Source: Psammoneis japonica (taxonomy: Eukaryota). From it: a DNA stretch of 64,000 nucleotides. The stretch covers positions 62,001 to 126,000 of the forward strand of contig QPGO01000175.1 of NCBI GenBank assembly GCA_008632985.1, given 5' to 3'. The position numbers were made by a program, and so were the translations under genes. The notes under the pieces are model-generated. The model was not told the DNA's origin and ran no database searches. It saw nothing but the letters and a program-made list of their open reading frames with translations. Shown here piece after piece: positions 35,820 to 47,740 of this stretch (its first letter is position 1; the number at the start of each line of letters is the position of its first letter).

Positions 35820-37640
35820 ATGTTGGTGCTATTTGAAACCCCCGCGGGTTATTCTCTCTTCAAGGTAGGGCCCCAGTCGTCAAAGAAGAGATCAGTGTGC
35901 TTGCGGCCGCCAGGGATGAACGGTATCCAATTTCGCGCGAATTTGCGCCCTACTTCATCGTCTACTGTAGCTTCTGCCTCCAACGCAGAACCATGATGGG
36001 TAACCCGCTTTATCTTTGTTCTGCGTCCTCTGCAATGGCGTCTTGGTTGATCTGATACTCACGCACTATATCTTTCAAGAGACAATGTCTTTTTCATTTT
36101 AGAAAATCTCACTAAATCCCACGCCACTCACGTATCTTCTCAGGTGTCGGACGAGAAGAAACTGAAAAAGACAGATGCCGATGACATGTACGAAACGTTC
36201 TTTACCAACGCTAGCAAAGCTACAGACTTTTTGAATCTAGTCTCCTTTGAACCTTTTCAAGATACTGCCGATGCTGTTTCAGCTGCAACATCCATGATGG
36301 AGGGCAATGTTAGCAAATCACTCAAGTCTTTTCTGAAGAAGCAAATGAAGAAGAATAAAGGGTCGTCGCTAGCAGTAGCTGACAAGGCACTGGCATCCAC
36401 CATTAAGGAAAACTTGTCGGACCTGGCCGTCGTAAATGATTCCAAAACACACGAGTTATTTCGTGGGATCCGATGCTACATGGACGAATTGCTCCAAGAC
36501 AATGAAGACGAGGGAATATCTGGCTCCGACATTCGCGCCATGCAGTTGGGTCTCTCCCATTCGCTGTCTCGTTACAAGTTAAAGTTTTCTGCCGACAAAG
36601 TTGATACGATGGTGATTCAAGCTGTGGGATTGCTGGATGAACTAGACAAAGAGATTAATACCTACGCTATGCGAGTGAAGGAATGGTATGGATGGCACTT
36701 TCCAGAAATGCAAGCGATTGTGGGTGACAATGCTCTGTACGCAAAGTTGGTGCTCAAGTGCGGCCTTCGTCCAAACTATCGCCAAGCAGACTTGAGCTCA
36801 ATCTTGGAAGATGAGACCGTCGAAGCTACACTAAAAGAGGCGGCAGAAGTATCCATGGGAACAGAAATCGCTGAGCTGGATATCATCAACATTTCAGCCT
36901 TGGCGGAACAAGTGTTGAGCATGACAGAATACCGTGCACAGCTATATGAATATCTCAAGAACAGAATGAATGCGATTGCTCCAAATCTAACGATTCTTGT
37001 AGGTGAATTGGTTGGGGCTCGCCTCATTTCACACGCTGGATCTCTCATGAACTTGGCCAAGCAACCGGCTTCCACTGTCCAGATTCTTGGTGCCGAGAAG
37101 GCACTGTTTCGTGCCCTGAAAACCAAGCATGACACACCAAAGTACGGTCTCATATATCATGCCTCCCTTGTTGGCCAAGCCGCACCCAAACACAAGGGAA
37201 AGATCAGTCGCGTCCTGGCAGCCAAGGCATCTCTTGCAATCAGGGTGGATGCTTTGACGGACGACACGACGGATGAAACGGATACCACCATTGGGTTCGA
37301 AGGACGAGCCAAAGTAGAAGCAAGACTACGACAATTGGAGGGAGGCAGTGCTGCTGCTACAAACAACGGGGCTCTCACGGCGCAAAAGACGGCACGATAC
37401 GACCCTGTCGCTGCCAAGGCGGATGCAGCCGCTCCCGCATACAACGCAGCTAGTGACATGGTAATTGACGGTGCTGCCGCCACGGAGGAAGAGGACAAAG
37501 AGAAGGAGGACAAGAAGAAGAAAAAGAAGAAGGACAAGAAAAAGCGCAAGTCTATGGACGGAGACGATGATGAAGCTGCAAGGAAAGCTGCGAAAAAGGC
37601 CAAGAAGCAGAAGAAGGAAAAGCGAAAATCCAAGGAGTAA
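35820..37640 (+). CDS. NOP58: Box C/D snoRNP protein NOP58; exon 1 35820-35864, intron 35865-36143
   Basis: MLVLFETPAGYSLFK|V, LSHSLSRYKLKFSADKVDTMVIQA, YAMRVKEWYGWHFPE, ASTVQILGAEKALFRALKTKHDTPKYGLIYH and a KKE-rich tail. Confidence 0.97.
35993..36055 (+). ncRNA. Possible intronic box C/D snoRNA
   Basis: C-box-like ATGATGG at 35993 and D box CTGA at 36052 within an unusually long (279 nt) NOP58 intron. No rRNA target identified. Confidence 0.3.
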
Positions 37641-38125
37641 AGCAAGAAGTTGGGGCGTACGAACCCTGTTACGAGGAAGTAGCTGTTAGGAACTCTAAGG
37701 TACGGGGCTGGGTAATCTCGTGAGCTTTGCCTGTCAAAAGCTAGAGTTGCCTCCACTCGAAGCTATCATACCAACTTCTAGTAGATCTGTTGTTTCTCTC
37801 TCCCTCTCATAAATCATAAAGAAGGAGACCATCCAATTTGCATGGTACATGAATAATGCTTGTACTTCGTGGTATTTTAAGCATACAGTAGATGGTGCTA
37901 TGGTAGGCTATCAAATCGGCCAGTCGCATGCGACGACGGGCGATGGATAGGAAGAAATGGGGGATGGAGGATGGAGGATGGACGCGCGGACGACAATGAC
38001 ACAACCTGAAAACTGAAAAAGGCAGAAGGCGACGAAGACGCGAGAAGAGACGGCATCATCTCCTCTTTACTGTGCAATACGACCTCTTCTTCGCTATAGC
38101 AACAAAAGACTTCTTTTCAAAAAAT

Positions 38126-38612
38126 ATGGGTTTGGACTGTGAGTCAGCGTCTTTTTTTCGGTTGGATGGATCTACTATCGCTGTCAACAACGCGTCTCGT
38201 TATTGTTGTTGGTATCTTGAAACCGTTTGATTGGTTTATCGTATGTTCTTTCTCGCAAGCACATCTCACTAAGCGCTTCCCCATTTTTCTGCTTTGCCAC
38301 GTTCTTCCATTCAGATTATTCCAAGAACAAAATCGAGAGGTTGCGAAGAAGCTGGGCTTTGCAACGCTACTCATGTTTACATTACCAATTCTCGCCTTTT
38401 TCGCATGCACGACATTTATATTTCAAAACACAAAAGAACCGACAATGTGGGCTGGTGGAGTAGCTGTCCTAGTGACAAATATTATAGTTGGAGGCTATGT
38501 GTATTCTGCCTTTTCCGAACCGGACGACGAGGAAGATGTAGATGGGCATTATGCATCATCATCCAAGGCACCGCGAGTCGGAGCATTTAAGAAAAAGGAA
38601 CGAGTAGATTAA
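38126..38612 (+). CDS. VMA21: V-ATPase assembly factor VMA21-like, spliced; first exon uncertain
   Basis: Two TM helices (KLGFATLLMFTLPILAFF; AGGVAVLVTNIIVGGYVYSAFSE) and a basic C-terminus KKKERVD. Confidence 0.75.
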
Positions 38613-38940
38613 AGGAAAGCAAAGAAAGTACAGTTGAATTGGAATACATTTCACCTATAGAAACAACCGGATAAAGTGAAAGGTGGGACGGAACGGCATG
38701 TTTTCGTGCAACATTTTGTTTCTGCCCTCATTCATTCATACCCAACAAAACCAAGCCACTCTAATAATTGAAACAACCAGATACTCGTAGTTCCTCCATT
38801 ATGGGCCGTGTCTTCCTAGAATAATGCCCAACGATACTATTGTATTGCAATTGTTGCTATCGATTCATCTACACGGAACACCACACAGCACCCCACAAAC
38901 TCACACAATTCCAGACTCACTTTCTCTCTCGCTCTCTTCT

Positions 38941-40481
38941 CTAGTATTCGTCATCATCCAATTCATCTTCAAGTTCTTGCGCCACTTCTTCATCCGTCTT
39001 GTCGTCTTTGCGCGCATTGCCCCGACTCGCCTCGAGTTGTTTCTTGTAATGATCCGGAGGGTACCTCATGCCCCGGACGCATCATTGTGCGTCGTGAGAC
39101 AATAGGCAATACGCCGGTGAAATGCTTCGGCCGGTTCCACCGTGGCGTAGACATTGATCAAATCGTGCGATTGAACATAACGTTCCTCGTGATGAATGGT
39201 TGCATCCAACACCCCATCCCTCACCGCCTTGGCCACGACAAATTCCGCCGATTCGGCCGACGGCAATCCGAGTCGATGCGCAACGTCGTCCAGAGAGATC
39301 CGGCTGTAACTGACGTGTAATTTTCGAAGTCCCGCCTTGACCACGACATGGGCCAATCGCGAAATGAGCGTAAAGGTTCCGTCTTGTTGCAATCGCTGTG
39401 TGTGTTGCGACACGACTTGTTCAAACACGGCCAAGTCTCCGCGACGGACCGCTTGTGTAATGGCCAAGTACGGAGCCAACTCGCGGCGTTGCTCCTTGAC
39501 GAAAAAGACATGTCGGTCGGGAATTTCTCCCATGAGCAATTGTACCACCACCAAGAGTCGTTGAACGGCAATTTTGAATCCCAAAGCCGTGTGAGTAGGA
39601 GCCTTGCGTAGCGACTGCGATAGATTGCCATAGGCGGACGTGTACTCGAGACGTAGTGCTTGAATCCTTCCCGAGTGGTATAGAAAACGGCATAGCTGAT
39701 TATTCGATGCCGTCTCGGGAAAGGTGGAATTGAGCAGCAGCTTTTGCGCCTGTTCCACTTGCGACGATGCAAGCAAGTCCCTCAGCAGCAGATTGAGCAG
39801 CGTCGCTTGACAATCTACATCTCTTCGGAGTGACGCTGCATTGTGCGCATGAACCAAATCACTTCGTAAGTGTGCCGTGTTGCCCAGCGACTCTGCCACG
39901 AGCGAGCGGTACCGGTAGAGGCGAGCCAACAGAGGAAAGAGGGACGACTTTGGCTTGGTGGCGTACTTGGCCAGCTGCAACTGCTGTAGGATCCATGAAA
40001 TGCCTGTCTGTGCCAAGTCAAAGGCTTCGCTGTGCTTTTCTTTCCTCCATAGAATGCGTACCGCCAAACTGGTCAACCAACTCCTCACTTCTGCCGACGC
40101 TGCGTCTAGAAATTCAGCAGAAGTAGTTTCAGTAGTACCGGTATCTGTCTCCATGGCATCGTCGTCGTCTTGTTGCACCGGCAGGTTTGCCAAGAGGGAA
40201 GATCCATCCTTGAGTAATTCGATAGAGGCAGCCCTGACGTCACTGAGAGTCGCCTTGCCCGCAGCACCCGACGATGTACCGAGCCATCGTTTGACAACCT
40301 TGGATGGATTCGAGTAGGTGTCGTGAAGACTTGTCGGTCCCAACAAGCGTTCCAATCGACGTGCCGCAGCTTGCAACGGAGGAAGTGGAGGAGGACTGGG
40401 AGGAGACTCCTCTGTCTTGGTTTCCTCTTCCTCCTCTTTCTTATCGTTGTTGTCGTCCTTCTTCTTCGTGTCGTCCGCCAT
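38941..40481 (-). CDS. RPN3: 26S proteasome lid subunit RPN3/PSMD3 (two apparent 1-nt deletions near 39060-39080)
   Basis: FPETASNNQLCRFLYHSGRIQALRLEY, VVVQLLMGEIPDR, SYSRISLDDVA and YATVEPAEAFHRRIAYCL. The conserved tail resumes after frame correction and ends ...DDDEY* at 38941. Confidence 0.95.
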
Positions 40482-40936
40482 GGTGCTGCTATGCTGCTGT
40501 TTGCTGTCGATGTTGTTGAAAATGACAGCCGCATCCTTTTTTCGCTCGCGTTCGCTCGACTTCGTTTCACGCGCGATGTATGTGTGCGCGCGCGCTTGAA
40601 TGCAAGCAAAATGGCACAGATGCCTTTCTCAAATAATAGTCAATCCCGTGTAGCATAATTAATCATCTTTATGTATGGTTATTCATATTTGTGAGACTCC
40701 TAAACACATGAATGATAATATTCATGAGTTATTCTTGTGCATTGGCATGTTTCTTCCGATGAAAAATGTATCAAACATTCAATCATTAATGTGTCTGAAA
40801 AATCATTTTCCGTTGAGTGTTCCGATTTATTAGGAGTTTCAGAAATACACATGCATTTACTGATAACTGATTGAATGATGAGGTGCGCATCGTTGCTCGT
40901 TTTGCCAGAACATGCCAACACACAGTTGTTGCGACC

Positions 40937-42988
40937 ATGATGACGACGAAGCTATTGCAGTTGATACTACTATGCGTCGCTGCAACGACGACACTGGCTC
41001 AAACAACCATTAATGGCGTGATTGTATCATCTGTTGGAAACAACGGTCAACAACAACAGCAACAGCAACAAAAACCGTTTATTGAAAAAGAAGTTCTGTA
41101 CAATCTCAATCCGTTTGACCTTGTGTTCAGTTCCACACACCACGAATTCTTTGCCACGGGCGAAGCATCTCCGTTTGATAACATCAAGAGCGAAATACGA
41201 ATCATTACCGGATGGTACTTGGAAGCCTTTATCGATAATCTCATTGGTCGAACAGGCTTGGGCTTTCGACAAGTGTCATCGGTCGATTTGCAAGTGGCCT
41301 ACTTTCGACCCGAGCGACCCGGAGACGAACGCAGGTTACAGCAAGGACAAGATGATCTCGAGAAAGAATGGGGATTTCGAGCCGAGATTTATGGAGTGTG
41401 CAAGTTCTTGGTTAACGAATTTAACGCTATTCCTCCAAGAACACAAGTGGAGCGGGTGTTGAATCAGTTGGTTCGAGATGCCTTTGATCAACGAGGGATC
41501 GGGCTCTATGTGGATCAAATGAAGGCAAGTCCCGACAAGGTACTGGCCAACATTGTTACTTTACGGGTGGAGACAGACGAGGTAGCTGCAGTGGATCCAC
41601 CAGAGGGTGAAACCGAGACACAAGAAGAAGAAGGAGGTGGAGGAGGAGGTGAAAGCAGTGGTAGTGGAGGCGGTAGCAAGTGGGACACCAAGGCCTATGT
41701 TCTATGCTTTCTCATGGCCTTCTTCTTGATTGCATCGCTTGTTTGTCTCTACAAGTTCATGTCTCGTCGATACCACGATCACAAGGCCAACAAGAACTTA
41801 ATGGCTACCGATCACTACTTGGACGATATGAATCATATGCTACCACACCAGAATGGAGCTCAAGAAAGCAATCGATACTTGTCACCGGACCGACCCTCGT
41901 TGGATCGACGACTGCTCTATTCCAGTGATCCAAAACAAAACGGGAGTGGTTCCAATGAAAATGTGGTTCCTGTTCCAGCTCCGGTGGACAGGCATCAAAA
42001 CCTTTATGACTTGGGCGATGAAAACCAGACACCCCGGAGGTACATTAATCCTTCGTCTCCTTTACAAATTCTCTACGGTGCTTCCTTTTTGCACGGATCA
42101 AATGCTCAACAAGGCAGTGGTGGAAAACAAAAGAGACGACGTTCCAGTCGAAAGGCACCCTCCGCAAATATCCGTCCCATGCTGAGTATTGCCGAAGAAG
42201 AGCATCCCGGTGGACGTGATTCTCATTATTCCGTGTCGCCGGCGGCGGGCGTCACGTCGTGGATTCGACAATGGACGGGATATCCCGACGAATCGCTGGA
42301 CAAGTTTCAGCATGATGGTGCTCCTTTGCCGAGTCCAACCGGAGTGGAGGAAGTGGGAGTCTTTTACCGGGACTTTCCTCGTCATGACGGTACACCCTGT
42401 CTTATTTACAATTCGGCCCACGGCGATTCGCTTGAACACGGTATGGAAGCCAATGACAATGACGGATCTCTCAAGCTGGACGAAGTGTACATTCGAGACT
42501 CATCCTATCATTCTACGGGTTCCTTGCTTTCGCTAACGTCTGCTCAATCGGCCCGTCACTTTGCTTCCGAAAACAACGACAATGATTTTGTCGTCAAACT
42601 AGAACACTTGATGGAGATGCGTCAAAAGCAATACCGAGAACGTGTGCAAATGGAACAAGAAAAGGCAGCGTACGCCAAGAAACGTCACGAGGGAAGAGCC
42701 AATACTCGGCGGTCCATGTCGTTGGATATACAACAAGAAAATAATGGACCAACAACAAGCAGCAGCGCCGCGAGCGTCGGAGCAGCGAGTGTTCCCCATT
42801 CAAGCCATGATAATAGCCGTGGCATGACAAGTCACCATGATGTTGAGAGGTGTCTTAGTCCCTCGACTACTACGAAAGCGACGGAAGCGACTGTATCCAT
42901 GGATGCCGATTCATCCAGGAGTGGACAGTCAAAGAAACTCATCTCCGTATCACGTATTCGGGAGGAGCAAGGACACGTCATTACATAA
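40937..42988 (+). CDS. Type I membrane protein (signal peptide, extracellular domain, one TM, long disordered tail)
   Basis: MMTTKLLQLILLCVAATTTLA signal peptide, RRLQ motif common in diatom secreted proteins, TM AYVLCFLMAFFLIASLVCLY. Confidence 0.75.
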   Translation: MMTTKLLQLILLCVAATTTLAQTTINGVIVSSVGNNGQQQQQQQQKPFIEKEVLYNLNPFDLVFSSTHHEFFATGEASPFDNIKSEIRIITGWYLEAFIDNLIGRTGLGFRQVSSVDLQVAYFRPERPGDERRLQQGQDDLEKEWGFRAEIYGVCKFLVNEFNAIPPRTQVERVLNQLVRDAFDQRGIGLYVDQMKASPDKVLANIVTLRVETDEVAAVDPPEGETETQEEEGGGGGGESSGSGGGSKWDTKAYVLCFLMAFFLIASLVCLYKFMSRRYHDHKANKNLMATDHYLDDMNHMLPHQNGAQESNRYLSPDRPSLDRRLLYSSDPKQNGSGSNENVVPVPAPVDRHQNLYDLGDENQTPRRYINPSSPLQILYGASFLHGSNAQQGSGGKQKRRRSSRKAPSANIRPMLSIAEEEHPGGRDSHYSVSPAAGVTSWIRQWTGYPDESLDKFQHDGAPLPSPTGVEEVGVFYRDFPRHDGTPCLIYNSAHGDSLEHGMEANDNDGSLKLDEVYIRDSSYHSTGSLLSLTSAQSARHFASENNDNDFVVKLEHLMEMRQKQYRERVQMEQEKAAYAKKRHEGRANTRRSMSLDIQQENNGPTTSSSAASVGAASVPHSSHDNSRGMTSHHDVERCLSPSTTTKATEATVSMDADSSRSGQSKKLISVSRIREEQGHVIT

Positions 42989-43159
42989 TGGCTTTTTAAA
43001 AAAGACGAAGTGATTCCAGCACTTCATTAGGTACATTTGTTTATTACTACCCTCGTTTATACTAAATAAGGAGCTAAAGAGCCTACTAGAGTAGACAGAA
43101 ATACCGGCATGTAGGACTGCAGAAGGAGGCGTCAAAGAAGCTGCTACTAGGTAGAGCGG

Positions 43160-45410
43160 AGGGCGCTTTGTAGAGGGATGAAGGAAAGTGTCCTTGCAAA
43201 GGGTAGAGAGGAAGCAAAGAGCATGAGAGGAGAGGTGGCGTGCAATGTTGGAACTGAGAGTCTGAGTCACCCACTGAGAAGGGGAGGAGGAGTGGTGCGT
43301 GCTGCACCAAAGCGATTGCTGGCAAGTTTGATCAAGGCAAAGTCAACAGAGGGAAGCTGAGAGGGGGGAGAAGCAAGAAGTGAGCCCATGGAGCAAGGCA
43401 GAATAGGAAGCATCAGAGTCTTGCAAGGTGGGTGGCAATGGCCAAGGAGGCTTGGGCTGAGAGCAAGAAGCAGCAGAAAGCAAAGAGCCAAAGAACAAGT
43501 GGCAAAAGAAAAAGCCGAGACCACCAAAGTGATCATCAACAGCAAATGGGAGAGGGAAGATCCTGTCATTGATGAGGAGATTCAACACCAAGAAAGCCAT
43601 CAGCAGAGGAGGCAGAGGTGCCAAGAAACTTTGATCTTGGCTCAAATGGTGTGCCTCAGTCAACGCTGGAACCGAAATGGCCGGCAGACCAGGATGAGGG
43701 TGTGAGAAGAACAAGGAGGTTTGGGTGAGTTGGCATCAACAGTTGTGTGGTGCAGCAGTCATGGTGGCAGCAGGAGCATGTGGAGAGGGACGTGGGAGGA
43801 GGGGCAGAGATGCCAACATCAGCAAGGTGGAGAAGAAGAGGATGGGAGGTCAGAAGGGTTGCAGGTTCAAGGTGTGAACATTGTTGGGAAAACGACACAC
43901 AGCTGACCACCAGGGGCCCCAGGGTCTGTGAAATGATGAAGGTGGTGCCTTGCAGAGGCCGCTGGAGAGCTTGAGCTTGCAACTGCATTGGAATGAGAAG
44001 GTGTGATTAGCGACCACCACAGGCATCAAGGGTGGTGCATCCACGGTCCACAGGGCAGGGAGAGCAAGCCAACATGACATGGATGATGAAGGATGCAGAG
44101 GCACAGCTTGTGCTGAGCAGCAGTGGGCTGGTGCAGGTGCCAGAGGCAAGGCAAGAGGGCTGAAAAAGCACAAGAAAAGGAGTGAAGGGGGTGGCTTGCA
44201 TGAGGGAAAGAAGGGAAGACAGAGAGACTGGAGTGTCAGATGGAGAGTCAGCAGAGGCAGGTGCGGTGGTGTGCTGTTCATCACCATGGCAGAGATGGCA
44301 GGCTAGACCAGCAGGAAGAGCTGATGACGTGACAAGAGCATCCAAGGAGGGAGAGAGTTGGATTGAAGGGTGGGGGCACAGCAATGGAAGAGGGCCCACA
44401 AGTGGAGATTGGAGCAAGGGTCACTCCAAGAGGAGAGAGAGAGAGAGCTTGAAGCAGTGGGAGAGGCTGGACATGTTGACAGAGTCAACAGGCTTCATTG
44501 GCTGAGCTCCACATGAGTGGCAAAGGGAGGCAGGCAGAAAGGCAATGGCAAGGGAGCAGGGGAGGTCAGCATGGCTGGTGGGAGGATGCAGAACACAGCA
44601 GAAAAAGTGGCGGGTGATGGCAAGATGGGCTTCTTGGAAGGGAGGAGATGTCCAGCACTGGGAGGGCTCCTGCTGAGGGTTGTGAGGATCAGAGTTGTGG
44701 TGGAAGTCAACACAATGAGGTGAGCTGAGAGCAGGGAACAAAGAGCAGCACTTGACAAGCTGAGCCAGTGTTTGTTTGTTGTGAGGACAAGCAAGGAGCC
44801 TCTCCACCTCAGAAGAGAGGGTGGAGGATGTGGCAGAAAGCAGGGCATTGGCAAGGGCTTGAGTGCCCCAGCAGAGGCTGGCCAAGAAAGTGGACACTGG
44901 AAGCAAGCTTGGGGCCACAGGACAGGTCATTGACAGGGTTGAGATGTGAAAAGGCAGTGCAAAGGGGGGCTGCTTGGGAAGGGGTTGGGGAGCAAGAATG
45001 GGGCTGGCACCACTGATCAAGACAAGGAGCTCTGGGTTTTGGGAAGGTTGAGCTTGGTGCCGCAGGGGGGGAGCACAAGAGCTCAAAAACACTGAGCAAA
45101 CCAAGGCACAGAAGAGCAAATGAGGAGGAGGCATGTGCAACATCAATGTGAGAGCCAACAGAAGATCAGGAGAGTGAGGTGGGAGACATGGAAGGAGCTC
45201 TTGTGGCTTGCAAAGTGGCTGGAGGCCAGGTGGCAGAGCCAGACCACAGGTGAACAAGATGTGGGTGGGGCGGAGAGGGCACCCTTGAGCAAGCCCTCCA
45301 TGCATGCTGCACAAAGGAGCTCCAAGATGAGTTGGAGTGGCAACGCCAGCACTCATTGGAGTTTTGACAAGTGGCATAAAGAAAGGAAGAGCAGGGTGGA
45401 AGGCAGGCTT
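43160..45410 (-). mobile_element. Degenerate CRE-like non-LTR retrotransposon, copy 2 (5'-truncated, inverted relative to copy 1)
   Basis: GLAQGCPLRP (~45290), HIDV for YIDD (45139-45150), SSTLSSEVERL..HNKQT, Zn-knuckle remnant (~44030), HPLLLHLADVGI (RPADV) and LPFAVDDHFGGLG. Colinear similarity to 20500-22435. Confidence 0.85.
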
Positions 45411-46260
45411 TGAGGTATGAGGTCATGATGGGTGCTGTGCAAAACCAACCACAGCCAATTGACCCACATGCATGACTCAACACAACACCGTGGGAAAAGA
45501 AAGGTGACTGTTTTCAATTCCAAACTCAACATTTTTGCCAAAACAAATCATTTGACACCAGTCAGGTTTTGAAGATTGATTTGAGGTTCTCACCCAGAAA
45601 ACTTTTTTGTGGCAACAAGCTCCATGAGACAAGAGAAAAGATTGAGATGCCAATGACTCCTGCCTTTGAGTGTGTGTTTGGGCATGTTTTGCTCTGCCAC
45701 TGTGCTCTTTACACCTCATTCCATCTGACTTGTTGTGTTCTGTTTTTCCCATTGAATTGGCAGAATGCTGGGGGGGGGGCTGCTGAACTCATGCCCCACC
45801 AAAGATGGCAACAGCTTCCAACTCAGTGTTGCCAAGAATGGCTCACATCATTTCTCAGGTTGTCTGCAATGAAACAAGTCATGATCAAGTGTGGTGGTGC
45901 CAAAGACAATCATGCTCTTGGCTGGCAACTTTTGGCTGGCAACTTTTGGCTTCCTGCATGCAGATGAAGGTGCAATTGAACAAGATCCCCACATGAATTG
46001 TGACATCAAGTGATGGCAAAGCATTTGTGAAATTGCACTGCAAAGCAGCATGGCAAGGTGCGCTTCCCACACTCGAGATGGACTTGCCAATGCAGAAGGG
46101 TGGAATGAAGCTTGACAACTGTGGGCCCAACAGTTTTCTGTTTGAAGAGCCACTTGTGATTGAATGTCCATTCCGACAATGCATTGGGATTGGTTGAAAA
46201 TTCTCAATTTCCTGGCTTTTTTTTTTTCACTCTTGCTTTGCTTCCCAGACTGTGCGCCTG
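45410..46260. mobile_element. Unidentified degenerate TA/CG-depleted DNA adjoining CRE copy 2
   Basis: Same dinucleotide signature. No family motif recognised. Confidence 0.4.
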
Positions 46261-46635
46261 CTGTGAATGCCTGTTACAAAATACAAGAAAAATTATTTCG
46301 GTGGCGTAGCATTGTCTAACAGCAGTCGTAGCTTCTAACAGACTTGTGGAAACTGTGTAAAAAGATGTTGCACCGACACTTGTTGAACTAGAGCCTCCGA
46401 AACTTTCAATGCTGCGGAAGCCTATCAGAACTATAGTAGACAACGTTGCACAGGTGATAGTTTGCAGGCTCGGCTATCTGATGTTCAATATTATGATAAC
46501 GCCATATTCAATTCACACCAGCCATTTTCTCCCCGAAACCATTGACATCTTTACTTTTCACGGCTTCTTCACAGTTTTCTGTTTCACTATAATCAATCTC
46601 AGATAAGGTATCAGCATCACTAACGGCATCACACA

Positions 46636-47444
46636 TCACAAATTCTTCGTCCGAGTCTTGTTCTTCCCCATGTCGGCGGGGCGCTCGGTACAGACCTGGT
46701 TTAGCATTGGGAGCAGCACTTTACGACCAAAAGTGTCAGCATGCTTTTTTAGCTCTTTCGTTGCGTCCGCCAGACTAAGTGCGGCATCCAAGCCTGCGTC
46801 GCTCTCCTTGCTTGACGACATACAATGCATACTCTTCGCTTCATCTTCAGACTTATCGTTTTCGTTCATTGTCGCCCTTTTTTCGAGGGACTCACGCTCG
46901 TCCAGAACATCGACAAGCTTATCTCGGGCACCATCCAGAACGCGCCTTGGAGCTTCAAATTCTGTGGCAAGAACAGCGAATCCACCAACCACCATAAAAT
47001 CACCTGGCCCAGGCAATGGAATCAAAGGTATGCCGGTGACAATCAGAGCCCCACCGACAACAGCCGCCCCGACTTTCCTGACTAAACCTTTTCCTTCTTC
47101 CTCCGCTTCATCGTTTATTTCATCGCTACACACGATGACGTTGTCAGCCTCGTTCTTGACGATTTCGTAGCTTCCCGTACGGAGACTCACGGAGAAGGAA
47201 ATCGAGAGTCCAATTTTTCAAAGAATTGGTCCTTTGCGCTTTTGACTTTTGGCTGTTGCTCTTTCAGCCATACCTGTAGCTTCTCGAGCTGGCTACTGCT
47301 ATCGCCTTCCTCTCCAAAGTGTTTTGGGTTTTTCTCTTGTTCGCGAAGCTGTTGATTCTTGAACTGATCACAGTTAGGGGCATCTTTGAATGGCGAAGAC
47401 TTTGTCAAAGTTATGCGGCTTTCACCATAGCCGGTGGGCGCCAT
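46636..47444 (-). CDS. PGPGW-type putative transmembrane protein (frame break near 47190)
   Basis: VVGGALIVTGIPLIPLPGPGDFMVVGGFAVLATEFEAPRRVL. The upstream ORF 47187-47471 probably supplies the N-terminus. Confidence 0.6.
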
Positions 47445-47740
47445 GGCATGTACAGGGGTGCTTTCTCCCAACTTGTTTGCAGCAAAGTCGACCTCTACTC
47501 TAGAGAGAGTAGCAAAAGGTTGTTGTGGGTTTTAGGTTGTGCGGACAATCATCAGGGTTCGCAAATTGAAAAATTCATCATTTCAGTCTTGTTTTGCTCC
47601 TCAGTCGTGTGTGTCATGCGTTGAGTGAGTCGCGTTTGCGGTCTTGAAGTGCGATCTTTTCTTCTTTCTGACGGCAAGTGGCAAGGGCGGCTCCTAAACT
47701 ACTGATCATTCCCAACTATTCTTATATCGTGGCCATCATC

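Noticed and set aside
37157..37756. Antisense ORFs over NOP58, RPN3, EFTUD2 and others
   Set aside because: Shadow ORFs of strongly conserved genes on the opposite strand.
1351..40481. Two proteasome lid genes (RPN9, RPN3) and ribosome-biogenesis genes in one window as a functional cluster
   Set aside because: They are tens of kb apart with unrelated genes between, which is expected by chance in a compact genome.
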